Positions 9,142 to 19,409 of a stretch of DNA of 64,000 nucleotides are shown here, one piece after another. Numbering within the stretch: position 1 is the stretch's first letter; each line of letters starts with the position of its first letter. The translations under genes and the position numbers were made by a program. A model generated the notes under the pieces. It made no database searches. It had not been told where the DNA came from and was given only the letters and a program-made list of their open reading frames with translations. Source of the DNA: Peptococcaceae bacterium BICA1-8 (GTDB lineage Bacteria; Bacillota; Peptococcia; Peptococcales; BICA1-8); NCBI GenBank assembly GCA_000802045.1, contig JUEF01000034.1, positions 839 to 64,838 of the forward strand, read 5' to 3'.

Positions 9142-9903
9142 TCAAAAAGAAAAAATCTGCTTAATTTTTCCTTTCATCTTTGAAATTGCTTTTTTATGAA
9201 TTTGCGATATCCGACCTTCTGTTAATTCTAAAATTCTGCTGATTTCCTTTACGGTTAATTCCTCATAATAAAAAAGAGTAATTACTAATTTCTCTTTTTC
9301 ATTTAAGTCAAGTAGAGCCTTTTCTAAATGCATCTTAATTTCGTCCTTTTCAATACTCTCAATAGGATCAGGGCTAGCATTATCAGGTAAAAAATCACTC
9401 AAAGTAAAGAAATCACCTTCGCCCTGATCTATTGGCTGTTCTAAAGATATTATTGATAAGTTACCTACAATCTGAAGTTGTTTCTCCAAATCTGCTTTAC
9501 TTATTCCCATTAATTCAGCCACTTCATAATCGGAAGCACTTCTACCTAGTTTTTGTTCTAGTAAAAAATAGGCTTTTTCAATTTCTTTAGCTTTTCTTCT
9601 TAAGGATTGCGGAGCCCAATCCATCTTTCTTAAACCATCGATAATTGCTCCTCTTACTCTTAAAACTGCGTAGCCTTCAAAGCTATTGTTTTGCTTAGGA
9701 TCATATTTATTTATTGCATCAATAAGCCCAAAAGAACCATAAGATAAAAGGTCGTCAAAATCCACACTACCCGGTAAACCGTAATATATTCTTTGAGCGC
9801 AATACTTTATTAGAGGGGCATAGGATAATATTAAACGCTCCCTATTTTCGCCGCTGGGATTATTAAAGAATTGCTGCCACAGTTCTTTTCTGTCATCCAT
9901 CAC
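9142..9903 (-). CDS. sigD: flagellar sigma factor, sigma-28 / SigD (FliA/WhiG family)
   Basis: 253 aa with region 2 (YAPLIKYCAQRI..., LLSYGSFGLIDAINKYDP) and region 4.2 HTH (LTVKEISRILELTEGRISQIHKKA). Last regulatory gene of the fla/che operon, as in Bacillus. Confidence 0.9.
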   Translation of the reverse strand: MMDDRKELWQQFFNNPSGENRERLILSYAPLIKYCAQRIYYGLPGSVDFDDLLSYGSFGLIDAINKYDPKQNNSFEGYAVLRVRGAIIDGLRKMDWAPQSLRRKAKEIEKAYFLLEQKLGRSASDYEVAELMGISKADLEKQLQIVGNLSIISLEQPIDQGEGDFFTLSDFLPDNASPDPIESIEKDEIKMHLEKALLDLNEKEKLVITLFYYEELTVKEISRILELTEGRISQIHKKAISKMKGKIKQIFSF

Positions 9904-9915
9904 ACCACTCCCGAT

Positions 9916-10398
9916 TTAGACAATCTTTTCCCCTTGATTGATTGTTTTAATATGCAATTTCCCGTTTTCTGGATCAAAGGTTATTGTCCTTCCAAAATTA
10001 CCTCCAGTATCTTCAGCCATAATTCTAATTCGCAACATTTCTAAATGTTTTTTTACAGCCTCAGTATTTCTTTCACCAATCCTCATAATACTACTTGTAC
10101 CAGCAAAATTAAACATTTGCGCACCACCAGCAATTTTAGCGAAAATACGGCTTTTTTCTGCACCTAAAACAAGCATTTTGTTAATTGTCTCAACTATTGC
10201 TGTGTCAGCATATTTAGCTTTATTTTGATTATTTCTAGCCTGGGTACTATCAGGAAGCATTATATGGGCAAGACCCCCCACCTTGCTTCCTGTATCATAA
10301 AGACAAATACCCACACACGAGCCTAAACCGGTTGTAATTAGCTTTTGAGGTGCTTTACAAACAGCAAGATCTGCCATGCCAACTTTAATTACATCCAT
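9916..10398 (-). CDS. cheD: chemoreceptor glutamine deamidase CheD
   Basis: 160 aa with GLGSCVGICLYD and GGLAHIMLP motifs. Follows cheC. Confidence 0.9.
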   Translation of the reverse strand: MDVIKVGMADLAVCKAPQKLITTGLGSCVGICLYDTGSKVGGLAHIMLPDSTQARNNQNKAKYADTAIVETINKMLVLGAEKSRIFAKIAGGAQMFNFAGTSSIMRIGERNTEAVKKHLEMLRIRIMAEDTGGNFGRTITFDPENGKLHIKTINQGEKIV

Positions 10399-11013
10399 TT
10401 AAAAAACAACTCCTAATTCCCTAAGCAGAATTTCCAGAGAACCTGGCTCTGGCAAGAGGAAAAAATGCCCTTTGACTTCCTTTTCTTCTTCCAAAAATAC
10501 ACTTTCAATTACAAGAGCATAATCACTTACTTCTCCATAAAGCTGTAAAACATTTCCCAAAATTGCTCCTACCATATCAAAAGCAAGGGCAGGCACCGAA
10601 GGGTTAAACTCCATATTCGTGAAACCGCTTAAAGCCGTTAAGTATGATCCAGCTAATATATTAGTAACTTCCTTTAAAGCCGATATATCCATCTCATCTA
10701 AAGTTATAGTTGCTGCTTCTTGCTTACCGACTAGAATTTTTAAAAATAACTTTAGACTTTCTTCAGGTATCACAAAAAGTATACTCATTGGCGCTTTTGC
10801 CTCAACCTGCAAATATCCTCCTGCCACTGGGGTGTCATCCCCACCCATTAATTCTACAACTTGGGCGAAAGGTAAAATAAAAATATTGGGAACAGACATA
10901 TTGATTTTTTTATTAAGAAGCGTAGACAAAGCTGTTGCAGCATTTCCTGCTCCTATATTTCCAATTTCTTTTAAAGCATCTTTTTGCAAACAATTTAACT
11001 GCTCAAAATCCAT
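10399..11013 (-). CDS. cheC: CheY-P phosphatase CheC
   Basis: 204 aa with two CheC repeats (EIGNIGAGNAATALS and EVTNILAGSYLTALS). Confidence 0.87.
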   Translation of the reverse strand: MDFEQLNCLQKDALKEIGNIGAGNAATALSTLLNKKINMSVPNIFILPFAQVVELMGGDDTPVAGGYLQVEAKAPMSILFVIPEESLKLFLKILVGKQEAATITLDEMDISALKEVTNILAGSYLTALSGFTNMEFNPSVPALAFDMVGAILGNVLQLYGEVSDYALVIESVFLEEEKEVKGHFFLLPEPGSLEILLRELGVVF

Positions 11014-11018
11014 TTAAA

Positions 11019-11480
11019 TCACTCCTTAGAATTAGCAGTTTTGACCGTGTTCTCAGACCCTAACTCTAAAATTTCTTGTAAATAAAGTATAATGATTAAA
11101 CGATTATCATGTTTTGCCACTGCCTGAACATATTTATTATCTAAAAACTCAATTAGATTAGGTTCTTCAATATCTTCTTTAGTAATCTGTTGTACTTCTG
11201 TAACACTATCCACTATAATCCCGACTTTTAAATCAGAAACATTAAGAATAATAATCCTGGTATTGTTATCATTGTTTTTTTCTTTATTTATACCGAATCT
11301 TTTTCTCAGGTTAACTACCGGTACTACATTGCCTCTGAGATTAATTACCCCAGTAAGATAATTAGGTGCTTTTGGAACCCTTGTAACCAAAGTGGGACGA
11401 ATTATTTCCTGAACGTTTAAAATGTTGACCCCATACTCTTCATTTGCTAAGCGGAATGCAACTATTTGAATATCCTCCAT
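11019..11480 (-). CDS. cheW: chemotaxis coupling protein CheW
   Basis: 153 aa CheW domain (VAFRLANEEYGVNILNVQEI...VINLRGNVVPVVNLR). Confidence 0.9.
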   Translation of the reverse strand: MEDIQIVAFRLANEEYGVNILNVQEIIRPTLVTRVPKAPNYLTGVINLRGNVVPVVNLRKRFGINKEKNNDNNTRIIILNVSDLKVGIIVDSVTEVQQITKEDIEEPNLIEFLDNKYVQAVAKHDNRLIIILYLQEILELGSENTVKTANSKE

Positions 11481-11494
11481 CTATTTTACCCCCT

Positions 11495-13462
11495 CTAAAA
11501 CAGTGTTCCTACATCTAAAATCAAGGAAACCTTACCATCGCCTAGGATAGCAGCACCAGCAATCCCCGGTATACCGGAAAGCAATTTCCCTAAAGATGTA
11601 ATTACTATTTCCTGTTGTCCTATTAACTCATTAACAACTAAACCTATCTGTTTTTCACCCTTTCTTACTACAACCACATAAATTTCATCGGGTTTTTCAG
11701 AGCCTCCAGCCTCAAAAATTTCTGATAATCTCACTAAAGGTAAGACTTTACCCCGCAAAACCATTACTTCTTGACCTTGTATATTCTTTATCAAGTCATC
11801 GGTAATACCAGTAGTTTCATCAATATTAGCAAGAGGAACAGCATATATTTCAGTCCCAAGTTTTACTAATAGAGCTTGAATAATTGCCAAGGTTAATGGT
11901 AATTTGATAGTAAACTTTGTTCCTTCACCTTCTTTGTTTTCTACGTAAACATTTCCACTCAAGGCTTGAATTTTCGATTTCACTACATCTAGGCCTACTC
12001 CTCTACCAGAAACATCAGTAATAGTACTTGCGGTACTAAAGCCTGGACTAAAGATTAAATTAAGAATACTATTTTGGTCCATTTGTTCAAGTTCTTTATT
12101 TGTTACAACACCTTTTTCTAAAGATTTCTCTTTAATTTTATTAAGGCTTATTCCTTGTCCATCATCTTGAACAATAATAACAACAGAATTTCCTTCTTGC
12201 CTTGCAATAAGCCTTATAGTGCCAGCCTTATTTTTACCTTTACCACTTCTAATTTCAGGGTTTTCAATTCCATGGTCAATAGCATTTCGTAATAAATGAA
12301 CCAAAGGATCTCCGATCTCATCTATAACTGTTCTATCTAGTTCTGTCTCTTTGCCTTCTAAGCTTAAATTTACCTCTTTTCCAAGTTCTTTGGAAAGGTC
12401 TCGAACCATTCTCGGAAACCGGTTAAATACCTGTTCTATAGGCACCATCCGAACATTCATCACTACATTTTGCAAATCAGTTGTAATTCTATCAATTTGT
12501 TCCACTGTTTCATTTAAAGATGCTACATCATTCGTCCTAAAAATCTGTTCTAATCTGGTTTTATTAATTACTAGTTCTCCTACTAAGTTCATTAAGTTAT
12601 CTAATTTATTTATATCAACTCGAACTGTTTGATGAATTTTTGTCTTAACATAATTTGTTGTCTCATTAGACTCTTCTTGTTCCAAGCCGCCAGCTGTTTT
12701 TTCAGTATTTTCTGTATTTTCATAGCTATAAACCTCAAGATTTTCTAGTGAAATTTCACTTATTTGATTAATTATTTTTCGGATATTTTCCTTATCTTTA
12801 CTTGACACAAAATAAACTGTAAATTCATTATCAAACTTTTCATCTTCTAAGTCTTGGGAACTAGGTACAGATTTTATTATTTCTCCTATTCCCTCTAAAC
12901 TTTTAAAAACCATAAAAACCCGAACTGATTTCATAACACAATCAGAGGAAACATTTATCGAAAATCTATAAATATTTAAATTTTGTTTTTGTGCTTCAAC
13001 TATTAGCGTATGCTCATATTCGTTTAATTCATTCCAGGAGTTATTTATCGATTCATTTATAGTAGCTATTTTAGAGATATGTACCGGGTTTTCAAAATTA
13101 TTTAATTGAGTAATTAAATAAGATATATCAATTTCTTTCTTTTGACCTTGGATAATATTTTCTAGCATTTGCTCTAAAGTATCCACACAGCCAAATAATA
13201 CATCACTTATTGCAGTAGAAAGAACTAAATCCTTTTCTCGAATTTTAACTAATAAATTCTCCATTTTGTGGGTAATTTCTGTGATTTGCTCAAAACCCAT
13301 AGTTGCAGCCATCCCTTTTATGGTATGGGCCGCCCGAAATATTTCATTTATTGGTCCATCATCATCAGGTTTTTTTTCGATCTGTAGTAAGCCTTCATTT
13401 AAAAATTGTAAATGTTCACGTGTCTCCTCGATAAACAAATCCATATACTCACTTTTATTCAT
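11495..13462 (-). CDS. cheA: chemotaxis histidine kinase CheA
   Basis: 655 aa with HPt (FRAAHTIKGMAATMGF), HATPase boxes (HLLRNAIDHGIE, DDGQGI, GRGVGLDVV) and a C-terminal CheW-like domain. Confidence 0.94.
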   Translation of the reverse strand: MNKSEYMDLFIEETREHLQFLNEGLLQIEKKPDDDGPINEIFRAAHTIKGMAATMGFEQITEITHKMENLLVKIREKDLVLSTAISDVLFGCVDTLEQMLENIIQGQKKEIDISYLITQLNNFENPVHISKIATINESINNSWNELNEYEHTLIVEAQKQNLNIYRFSINVSSDCVMKSVRVFMVFKSLEGIGEIIKSVPSSQDLEDEKFDNEFTVYFVSSKDKENIRKIINQISEISLENLEVYSYENTENTEKTAGGLEQEESNETTNYVKTKIHQTVRVDINKLDNLMNLVGELVINKTRLEQIFRTNDVASLNETVEQIDRITTDLQNVVMNVRMVPIEQVFNRFPRMVRDLSKELGKEVNLSLEGKETELDRTVIDEIGDPLVHLLRNAIDHGIENPEIRSGKGKNKAGTIRLIARQEGNSVVIIVQDDGQGISLNKIKEKSLEKGVVTNKELEQMDQNSILNLIFSPGFSTASTITDVSGRGVGLDVVKSKIQALSGNVYVENKEGEGTKFTIKLPLTLAIIQALLVKLGTEIYAVPLANIDETTGITDDLIKNIQGQEVMVLRGKVLPLVRLSEIFEAGGSEKPDEIYVVVVRKGEKQIGLVVNELIGQQEIVITSLGKLLSGIPGIAGAAILGDGKVSLILDVGTLF

Positions 13463-13477
13463 TTGACCACCTCCAGA

Positions 13478-14551
13478 CTATAAGATTAGATTTAGGCTTT
13501 TGATAATTTCGTCAGGAATATTATGTAAGGGGACAATCTTGTCAATACATCCTGCTTGTATTGCTGCTTTAGGCATTCCGTAAACAACACATGTGTTCTC
13601 AGCCTCAGCTATAGAAATACAGTTTTTTTGTTTTAAATTAATAAGTCCTTCCCTTCCATCATGACCCATACCAGTCATTATTACAGCAACCACTTTATTT
13701 ATATCTGTTTGGGCTACTGAATTAAATAAGGCATCTACTGAGGGTCTATGCCCAGTAATCAATGGTCCCTGGTGTATGTATAAGTATAGCTGACAAATAT
13801 TTTTTACCTTTACCTCCATTTGGTAATTACCCGGTGCGATGTATACAAAACCTGGTTTAATTTCTTCACCGTTTTCTCCCTCTTTTACCTTTAAATGTGT
13901 CAAACTGTCTAGTCTTTGGGCTAAAGATTTTGTAAACCCGGGAGGCATGTGCTGAACTACAAGAATAGCTGCATTTGTAATTTCTTTTAAATTTTCTATA
14001 AGTTTATGTAGAGCTTTGGGTCCTCCAGTTGAAGTTCCAATTAATACTAATGGGAAACCCAGATAACTATGATCTTCTTTTTTAAACGGCTTATTAACTA
14101 ATTTTTTTGCCATATTAATAATTATAGGGGGATTATGTAAGTGCTTTAAATTAACCTTAGAAGCCAGTTTGATTTTTTCTACGATTTCTTTCTCAACCTC
14201 GTGAATATTTAAAGATATAGAACCTCCGGGTTTTTGTACAAAATCAACTGCACCTTTAGCTAAAGCCTGGATAGTTATATTAGCACCGGCTTGAGTTAAA
14301 GAACTAAGCATTATAACTGGAGTAGGACGGATAGTCATGATTTTTTCCAAAGCCTCTAAGCCATTCATTTCAGGCATCTCTACATCTAAAGTAATTACAT
14401 CTGGATTTAGTAAACTTAGTTTAGCTAAAGCATCCTTGCCATTTCTAGCGGTTCCTGCCAATTCAAGATTACTATCATTAATTACAATGTCAGAGATGAC
14501 TTTTCGCATGAAGGCTGAATCATCTACAACTAAGACCCGGATCATGGACAT
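13478..14551 (-). CDS. cheB: chemotaxis response regulator protein-glutamate methylesterase CheB
   Basis: 357 aa with a receiver domain (VLVVDDSAFMR...DVEMPEMNG) and a CheB catalytic domain (GTSTGGP, QHMPPGFT, GMGHDG). Confidence 0.93.
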   Translation of the reverse strand: MSMIRVLVVDDSAFMRKVISDIVINDSNLELAGTARNGKDALAKLSLLNPDVITLDVEMPEMNGLEALEKIMTIRPTPVIMLSSLTQAGANITIQALAKGAVDFVQKPGGSISLNIHEVEKEIVEKIKLASKVNLKHLHNPPIIINMAKKLVNKPFKKEDHSYLGFPLVLIGTSTGGPKALHKLIENLKEITNAAILVVQHMPPGFTKSLAQRLDSLTHLKVKEGENGEEIKPGFVYIAPGNYQMEVKVKNICQLYLYIHQGPLITGHRPSVDALFNSVAQTDINKVVAVIMTGMGHDGREGLINLKQKNCISIAEAENTCVVYGMPKAAIQAGCIDKIVPLHNIPDEIIKSLNLIL

Positions 14552-15189
14552 TACAACACCCCTTTTCGGATCAGTTCTCTCTGTCGTTGGAAAACATATT
14601 TTATTAATTTATCACTAATCTTTTCAGGAATATCGATAAATTCCATTCCAATCAAATATCTTTGATTATCATTTTTTACTTCAGTATAAACCCTCCTAAC
14701 CTTAGCAGTGCATGAAATAATTTCGGTAGGAAGAAATACATTTATTTTTAAAATATCCCCTTTTATTAGCTTCCTTTTTGAAACAAACTGGGCACCACCA
14801 CCACTTAAGTCACGAATAAAAGTCTTATTAAAAGCATCCTCATTACCTAGCTTATATTCTAAAGGCAGGTTGGTTGGAACTCTTACAGAACCCCGTCTTT
14901 GAATCTTTTTTGTCTTGTAAGGCCATTCTAAAAAAATTAAAGGAATAGTTTCAAAAGAGCGGTCTCTTACTATACAGTAGTAAGCATAGGAGGCTGAGTT
15001 ATCCCAATGCCAAATTATTACCTCTTGACCAGGTCTCAAAGGAACGTAGCCTCCTTTATCTATAGGCATCCCAATAGCTATGCCGTCTTGTTTAATATCC
15101 TCAATCCTAGTCTTATATGTACCACTAAAATCTGTTTCTTGTTCTACTTCAATTTCAATAATTTGATTAATTTTTAAAAAATCCAGCAT
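14551..15189 (-). CDS. PilZ-domain flagellar brake protein (YcgR/MotI-like)
   Basis: 212 aa with both c-di-GMP binding motifs: RRGSVR (QRRGSVRVP) and D-x-S-x-x-G (RDLSGGGAQF). An N-terminal PilZN-like region is also present. Confidence 0.8.
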   Translation of the reverse strand: MLDFLKINQIIEIEVEQETDFSGTYKTRIEDIKQDGIAIGMPIDKGGYVPLRPGQEVIIWHWDNSASYAYYCIVRDRSFETIPLIFLEWPYKTKKIQRRGSVRVPTNLPLEYKLGNEDAFNKTFIRDLSGGGAQFVSKRKLIKGDILKINVFLPTEIISCTAKVRRVYTEVKNDNQRYLIGMEFIDIPEKISDKLIKYVFQRQRELIRKGVL

Positions 15190-15229
15190 CTAGCTCACCT
15201 ACCATTGAGGATTAAAAACATTTGCAAAG

Positions 15230-16123
15230 CTATGTCTTAAAAAAGGAAAAAATTTTATTAAAATAATCTTTAAGACCATTTGCTTGATTAGTTTCATAAA
15301 GCTGATTACACATTTTAGAAGCTATACTATAAATTCCATCAGCAGCTTTGGATGCAGGATTATCTAATAAAAAGGGTTGTTGTTTTTTTACAGCTAAAGT
15401 TACAGCCTTATCATCAAGTATATATCCGAATATTTCTAATTTGCAATTATTTAGGAATCTACTAACAACGATTTTTAGCTTATTAGCTGCAATCTCTCCT
15501 TCTTCATAATCAATAGCCTTATTAACAACTAATTTTATAACACCTATAAATTTATGTTTGTTTAAGGTTTTTATTAAACCATACGCATCAGTAAGAGAAG
15601 TAGGCTCTGGAGTAGTTATTACAATAATTTCATCAGCAGCCAAGGTAAAGTTCAATACATTTTTTGAGATACCAGCTCCTGTATCAATTAATAAATAATC
15701 ACTTTCCTTTTCCAAAGATGAAAGTTTTAATAATAATCGTTCCAACTCCCATTCCTTTAAATCAGCAAGTTCAGAAATCCCTGAACCACCAGGTATTATT
15801 TTGATACCATTTGGTCCTTCTAAGATAATATCAGCAATATCCTTTTCTCCATTTATAACATGAAATAAGTTAAACTTAGGTGAGACACCAAGAATAACAT
15901 CAATATTTGCTAAACCTAAATCAGCATCTAATATAAGAACACGTTGCCCAAATTCAGCCAGAGCTAAACCTAAATTTAAGGTAAAATTTGTTTTTCCTAC
16001 ACCACCTTTACCGGATGCGACAGTAATAACCTTGGTGAGATTGTCTTTACCACTTAAATCATGCTCTGCCTTCATTTTTAGATTCTTAGTCAATGCTCTT
16101 AAGCGGTCAAGTTGGGAACTCAT
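15230..16123 (-). CDS. flhG: MinD-type ATPase FlhG (YlxH)
   Basis: 297 aa with deviant Walker A ASGKGGVGKT. The N-terminal SQLDRLRAL matches the DQAxxLR FlhF-activating motif. Confidence 0.87.
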   Translation of the reverse strand: MSSQLDRLRALTKNLKMKAEHDLSGKDNLTKVITVASGKGGVGKTNFTLNLGLALAEFGQRVLILDADLGLANIDVILGVSPKFNLFHVINGEKDIADIILEGPNGIKIIPGGSGISELADLKEWELERLLLKLSSLEKESDYLLIDTGAGISKNVLNFTLAADEIIVITTPEPTSLTDAYGLIKTLNKHKFIGVIKLVVNKAIDYEEGEIAANKLKIVVSRFLNNCKLEIFGYILDDKAVTLAVKKQQPFLLDNPASKAADGIYSIASKMCNQLYETNQANGLKDYFNKIFSFFKT

Positions 16124-17328
16124 TTGGCACCATCCCTTAAAATAAGTTGAGCAATTTTATCTTGATCTGCTATTTCAATGTCATCAGGAACACTCTGCCC
16201 TGTAGTAACATACGAAAGATATTTTTTGGTTTTTTGAATAACATTCAATATTGGACCATAAGTGGAGGTTTCATCAAGTTTAGTAAATATTATTCTATTG
16301 AAATTTATTTTTTCGTATTTTACAACTATATCTAACATATCTTTATATTTAGTAGTTGCACTTAAAACCAAAAATATTTCATCGGGTTCAGCTGCATCTA
16401 AGAAACCTTTTAATTCGCCCATTTGTAGTGCATGCTTATGACTACGACCGGCGGTATCAATAAATATTAGATCCTTATCAGAATGATTTATTATAGTGTT
16501 TTTCATATTTTGGGGGGTGAATACAACTTCTACCGGAATGCCAATAATGTCGCCAACTGTTTTTAGTTGTTCAACTGCTGCTATTCTATATGTATCAGAA
16601 GTAATTAGAGCAATACTTTTTTGATTATTCAAAGCAAAATTTGCGGCTAATTTAGCAATAGTGGTAGTTTTCCCCACTCCTGTAGGACCAACCAAGGCCA
16701 AGACTTGCTGTTTTCTTTTTTTAGGAAGAATAATTGGCTTAGGTTTTTTAATTATGCGACTAATATTATCTAAAAATTGTATTTTAATAAATTCCATATC
16801 TTCATATTTGGCGAGAGGAACACTTTCCAAACATTTTTTAGTCAGTCTTTTTGCTAGTTTTCCTTCAACTTCATTATCTATTAAACAATGATAAAACTGC
16901 TCCCCTACTTTATTTAAACCAATATTCAAACTGGCACTTTCAATCTGTTCCATCATTTCCTGCATTAACTTTCTCATATCTTGCAGTTCATTGGAACCAT
17001 TTTTTAAATTTACCTCTAAGTCATTCTCTATTAATTTCTCCTCAATTTCGCTTATCTCTTGAACAATCTCTTTTTCCTCAGTAACCTGTGGCCATATAAT
17101 CTGCTTTTTGCTTTCCGGCATTTCTCTTTGCGTTGGGGGAGGAGTATGTACAGGATATTCATTATCCGTTGCTGCAGTTACCTCTACAAATTCTTTAGCA
17201 AAAAGACCCAAAAACCCGCCTTCTTTAAACCTTCGAGTATGAAGGATAACCGCATCTTTTCCCATTTCAATTTTTACCTGCACCATAGCTTCTTGAATAT
17301 TATTTGCTACAAATCTTTTTACTCGCAT
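16120..17328 (-). CDS. flhF: SRP-type GTPase FlhF
   Basis: 402 aa with G-domain motifs [15 protein letters not shown] and TKLDE, plus an acidic N-terminal region. Confidence 0.9.
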   Translation of the reverse strand: MRVKRFVANNIQEAMVQVKIEMGKDAVILHTRRFKEGGFLGLFAKEFVEVTAATDNEYPVHTPPPTQREMPESKKQIIWPQVTEEKEIVQEISEIEEKLIENDLEVNLKNGSNELQDMRKLMQEMMEQIESASLNIGLNKVGEQFYHCLIDNEVEGKLAKRLTKKCLESVPLAKYEDMEFIKIQFLDNISRIIKKPKPIILPKKRKQQVLALVGPTGVGKTTTIAKLAANFALNNQKSIALITSDTYRIAAVEQLKTVGDIIGIPVEVVFTPQNMKNTIINHSDKDLIFIDTAGRSHKHALQMGELKGFLDAAEPDEIFLVLSATTKYKDMLDIVVKYEKINFNRIIFTKLDETSTYGPILNVIQKTKKYLSYVTTGQSVPDDIEIADQDKIAQLILRDGAK

Positions 17329-19398
17329 TTAAATATTCACCACCCCTATAGCCTCGATATCAATATTAGTTGGAATTTCATTATACGATAATACAGGTAT
17401 ATTAGGATAATTGCGTTCTATCAGTCTGTGAAAATAAAGCCTTACTACTGATGGACACAAAATCACAGTTTGAATGCCTAATAATGAGGATTGTTCTAGC
17501 ACTTTGTTTAATGATCTTAATATTTGCTGGGCTTTCTGAGGCTCAATTGCCAAGTAATTGCCTTGCTCGGTTTCTTTGACACTATTTCTTATTAACTGCT
17601 CCACTTCAGGGCTCAAAGTAACCACTGAAATCTTATCATTTTCATCAGTATAAATATTTGTTATCTGTCTTCCTAAGGCCTGTCTCACGTATTCTGTTAA
17701 TAAGTCTATATCCTTAGTAACTGGTGAATAATCACTTAATGCCTCCAAAATCGTTACCATATCCCGGATAGGAACTTTTTCTTTTAATAAGTTTGCAATA
17801 ACTTTATGTACTTCACCCAATGTCATTAACTGAGGAATTATTCCATCAACAACTGCAGGTGCATCCTTCTTGACATAATCAATAAGTGCCTGCAAATCCT
17901 GCCTTGTTAAAATTTCCGCAACATGATTTTTTATAAATTCTGTCAAGTGTGTTGCTAATACAGATGGCGGATCTACCACAGTATAACCTGATATTTCTGC
18001 TTCATCTCTTTGCTCTTCTCGAATCCAAGTTGCAGGCAAACCAAAAGCAGGTTCTTTAGTTTCAACACCAGCTAAAGGAGCTGCATCACCAGGATTCATG
18101 GCAAGATAGTGGTCTAAAAGAAGTTCACCATGGGCCATAGAGACACCTCTAAGTTTTATCAAATATTTGTTTGGCTCTAGCTGCATATTATCCCTTATTC
18201 TAACTGGGGGAACAACCAAGCCTAATTCGAGAGCAATTTGACGTCTTATTAAAACTACCCGATCTAACAAATCCCCACCTTGACTTGTGTCTACTAAAGG
18301 AATCAATGCATAGCCCAATTCTAATTCTAATGTATCAATATTTAATAAAGAATAAACACTTTCTGGTTTTTTAATTTGTTCTACTTCAATATCTTCTTCG
18401 TCTTGAGCCTGCTTTTCTTTTGAACCCTGAATAGATTTATGCATTAAATAGGCTAAAGTCCCACATCCCAAAGCAATAAAAAGAAAAGGGAATGTTGGCA
18501 GACTAGGAACCAAACCTAAAAGAGTTAGTACTAAGGCAGTAATACCTAATACTTTAGGATGAGCAAAAATCTGTTTCGTTAACTCTTGCCCAAGATTAGA
18601 TTCTGAAGCAGCTCTAGTTACTGTAATACCTGTAGCTGTCGATAAAAGCAGAGCCGGAATTTGAGAAACCAATCCATCTCCTACAGTCAATAAAGTAAAC
18701 GTTGCAGATACTTCTGCCAAGGAGCCCATCTGAAGCTGAAAAGTGCCTACTATTATGCCGCCTATTATATTAATAATAATAATTACAATGCCAGCAATAG
18801 CATCTCCTTTAACGAATTTACTAGCACCATCCATTGCTCCATAAAAATCAGCCTGCCTTTGAATATCAACCCGACGTTTTCTGGCATCAACTTCATTTAT
18901 TAACCCTGCATTTAAATCAGCATCGATGGCCATTTGTTTACCAGGCATTGCATCCAAGGTAAATCTGGCCGCAACCTCCGCTACCCTCTCGGAACCTTTG
19001 GTAATTACAACAAACTGTATAACTACCAGAATTAAAAATACTATTAATCCTACTATAGGATTACCACCAACTACAAAATTTCCAAATTGTGCAATAACCT
19101 CTCCCGCATAACCATGCAATAATATCAAGCGGGTTGAAGAGACGTTTAAAGCTAGACGAAATAGGGTCATAATCAATATTAATGAAGGAAAAACAGAGAA
19201 TTCCAAAGGTTCCAGGTTATACATGGAAACTAGAATGATTATTAATGCAATAGTAATATTAAAAACAATTAACAGGCTTAAAAGCCAATCGGGTAGAGGA
19301 ATTATCATCATTACGATAATTCCAATAACTCCGAAGGCAATAATCAAATCACTATGTTTAAAGATTCTATTGATAACCGATGTTTCCGATACTGCCAT
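17329..19398 (-). CDS. flhA: flagellar export apparatus protein FlhA
   Basis: 689 aa with an N-terminal TM domain, the FVKGDAIAG motif and a C-terminal cytoplasmic domain. Confidence 0.96.
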   Translation of the reverse strand: MAVSETSVINRIFKHSDLIIAFGVIGIIVMMIIPLPDWLLSLLIVFNITIALIIILVSMYNLEPLEFSVFPSLILIMTLFRLALNVSSTRLILLHGYAGEVIAQFGNFVVGGNPIVGLIVFLILVVIQFVVITKGSERVAEVAARFTLDAMPGKQMAIDADLNAGLINEVDARKRRVDIQRQADFYGAMDGASKFVKGDAIAGIVIIIINIIGGIIVGTFQLQMGSLAEVSATFTLLTVGDGLVSQIPALLLSTATGITVTRAASESNLGQELTKQIFAHPKVLGITALVLTLLGLVPSLPTFPFLFIALGCGTLAYLMHKSIQGSKEKQAQDEEDIEVEQIKKPESVYSLLNIDTLELELGYALIPLVDTSQGGDLLDRVVLIRRQIALELGLVVPPVRIRDNMQLEPNKYLIKLRGVSMAHGELLLDHYLAMNPGDAAPLAGVETKEPAFGLPATWIREEQRDEAEISGYTVVDPPSVLATHLTEFIKNHVAEILTRQDLQALIDYVKKDAPAVVDGIIPQLMTLGEVHKVIANLLKEKVPIRDMVTILEALSDYSPVTKDIDLLTEYVRQALGRQITNIYTDENDKISVVTLSPEVEQLIRNSVKETEQGNYLAIEPQKAQQILRSLNKVLEQSSLLGIQTVILCPSVVRLYFHRLIERNYPNIPVLSYNEIPTNIDIEAIGVVNI

Positions 19399-19409
19399 CT
19401 ATATGCCTC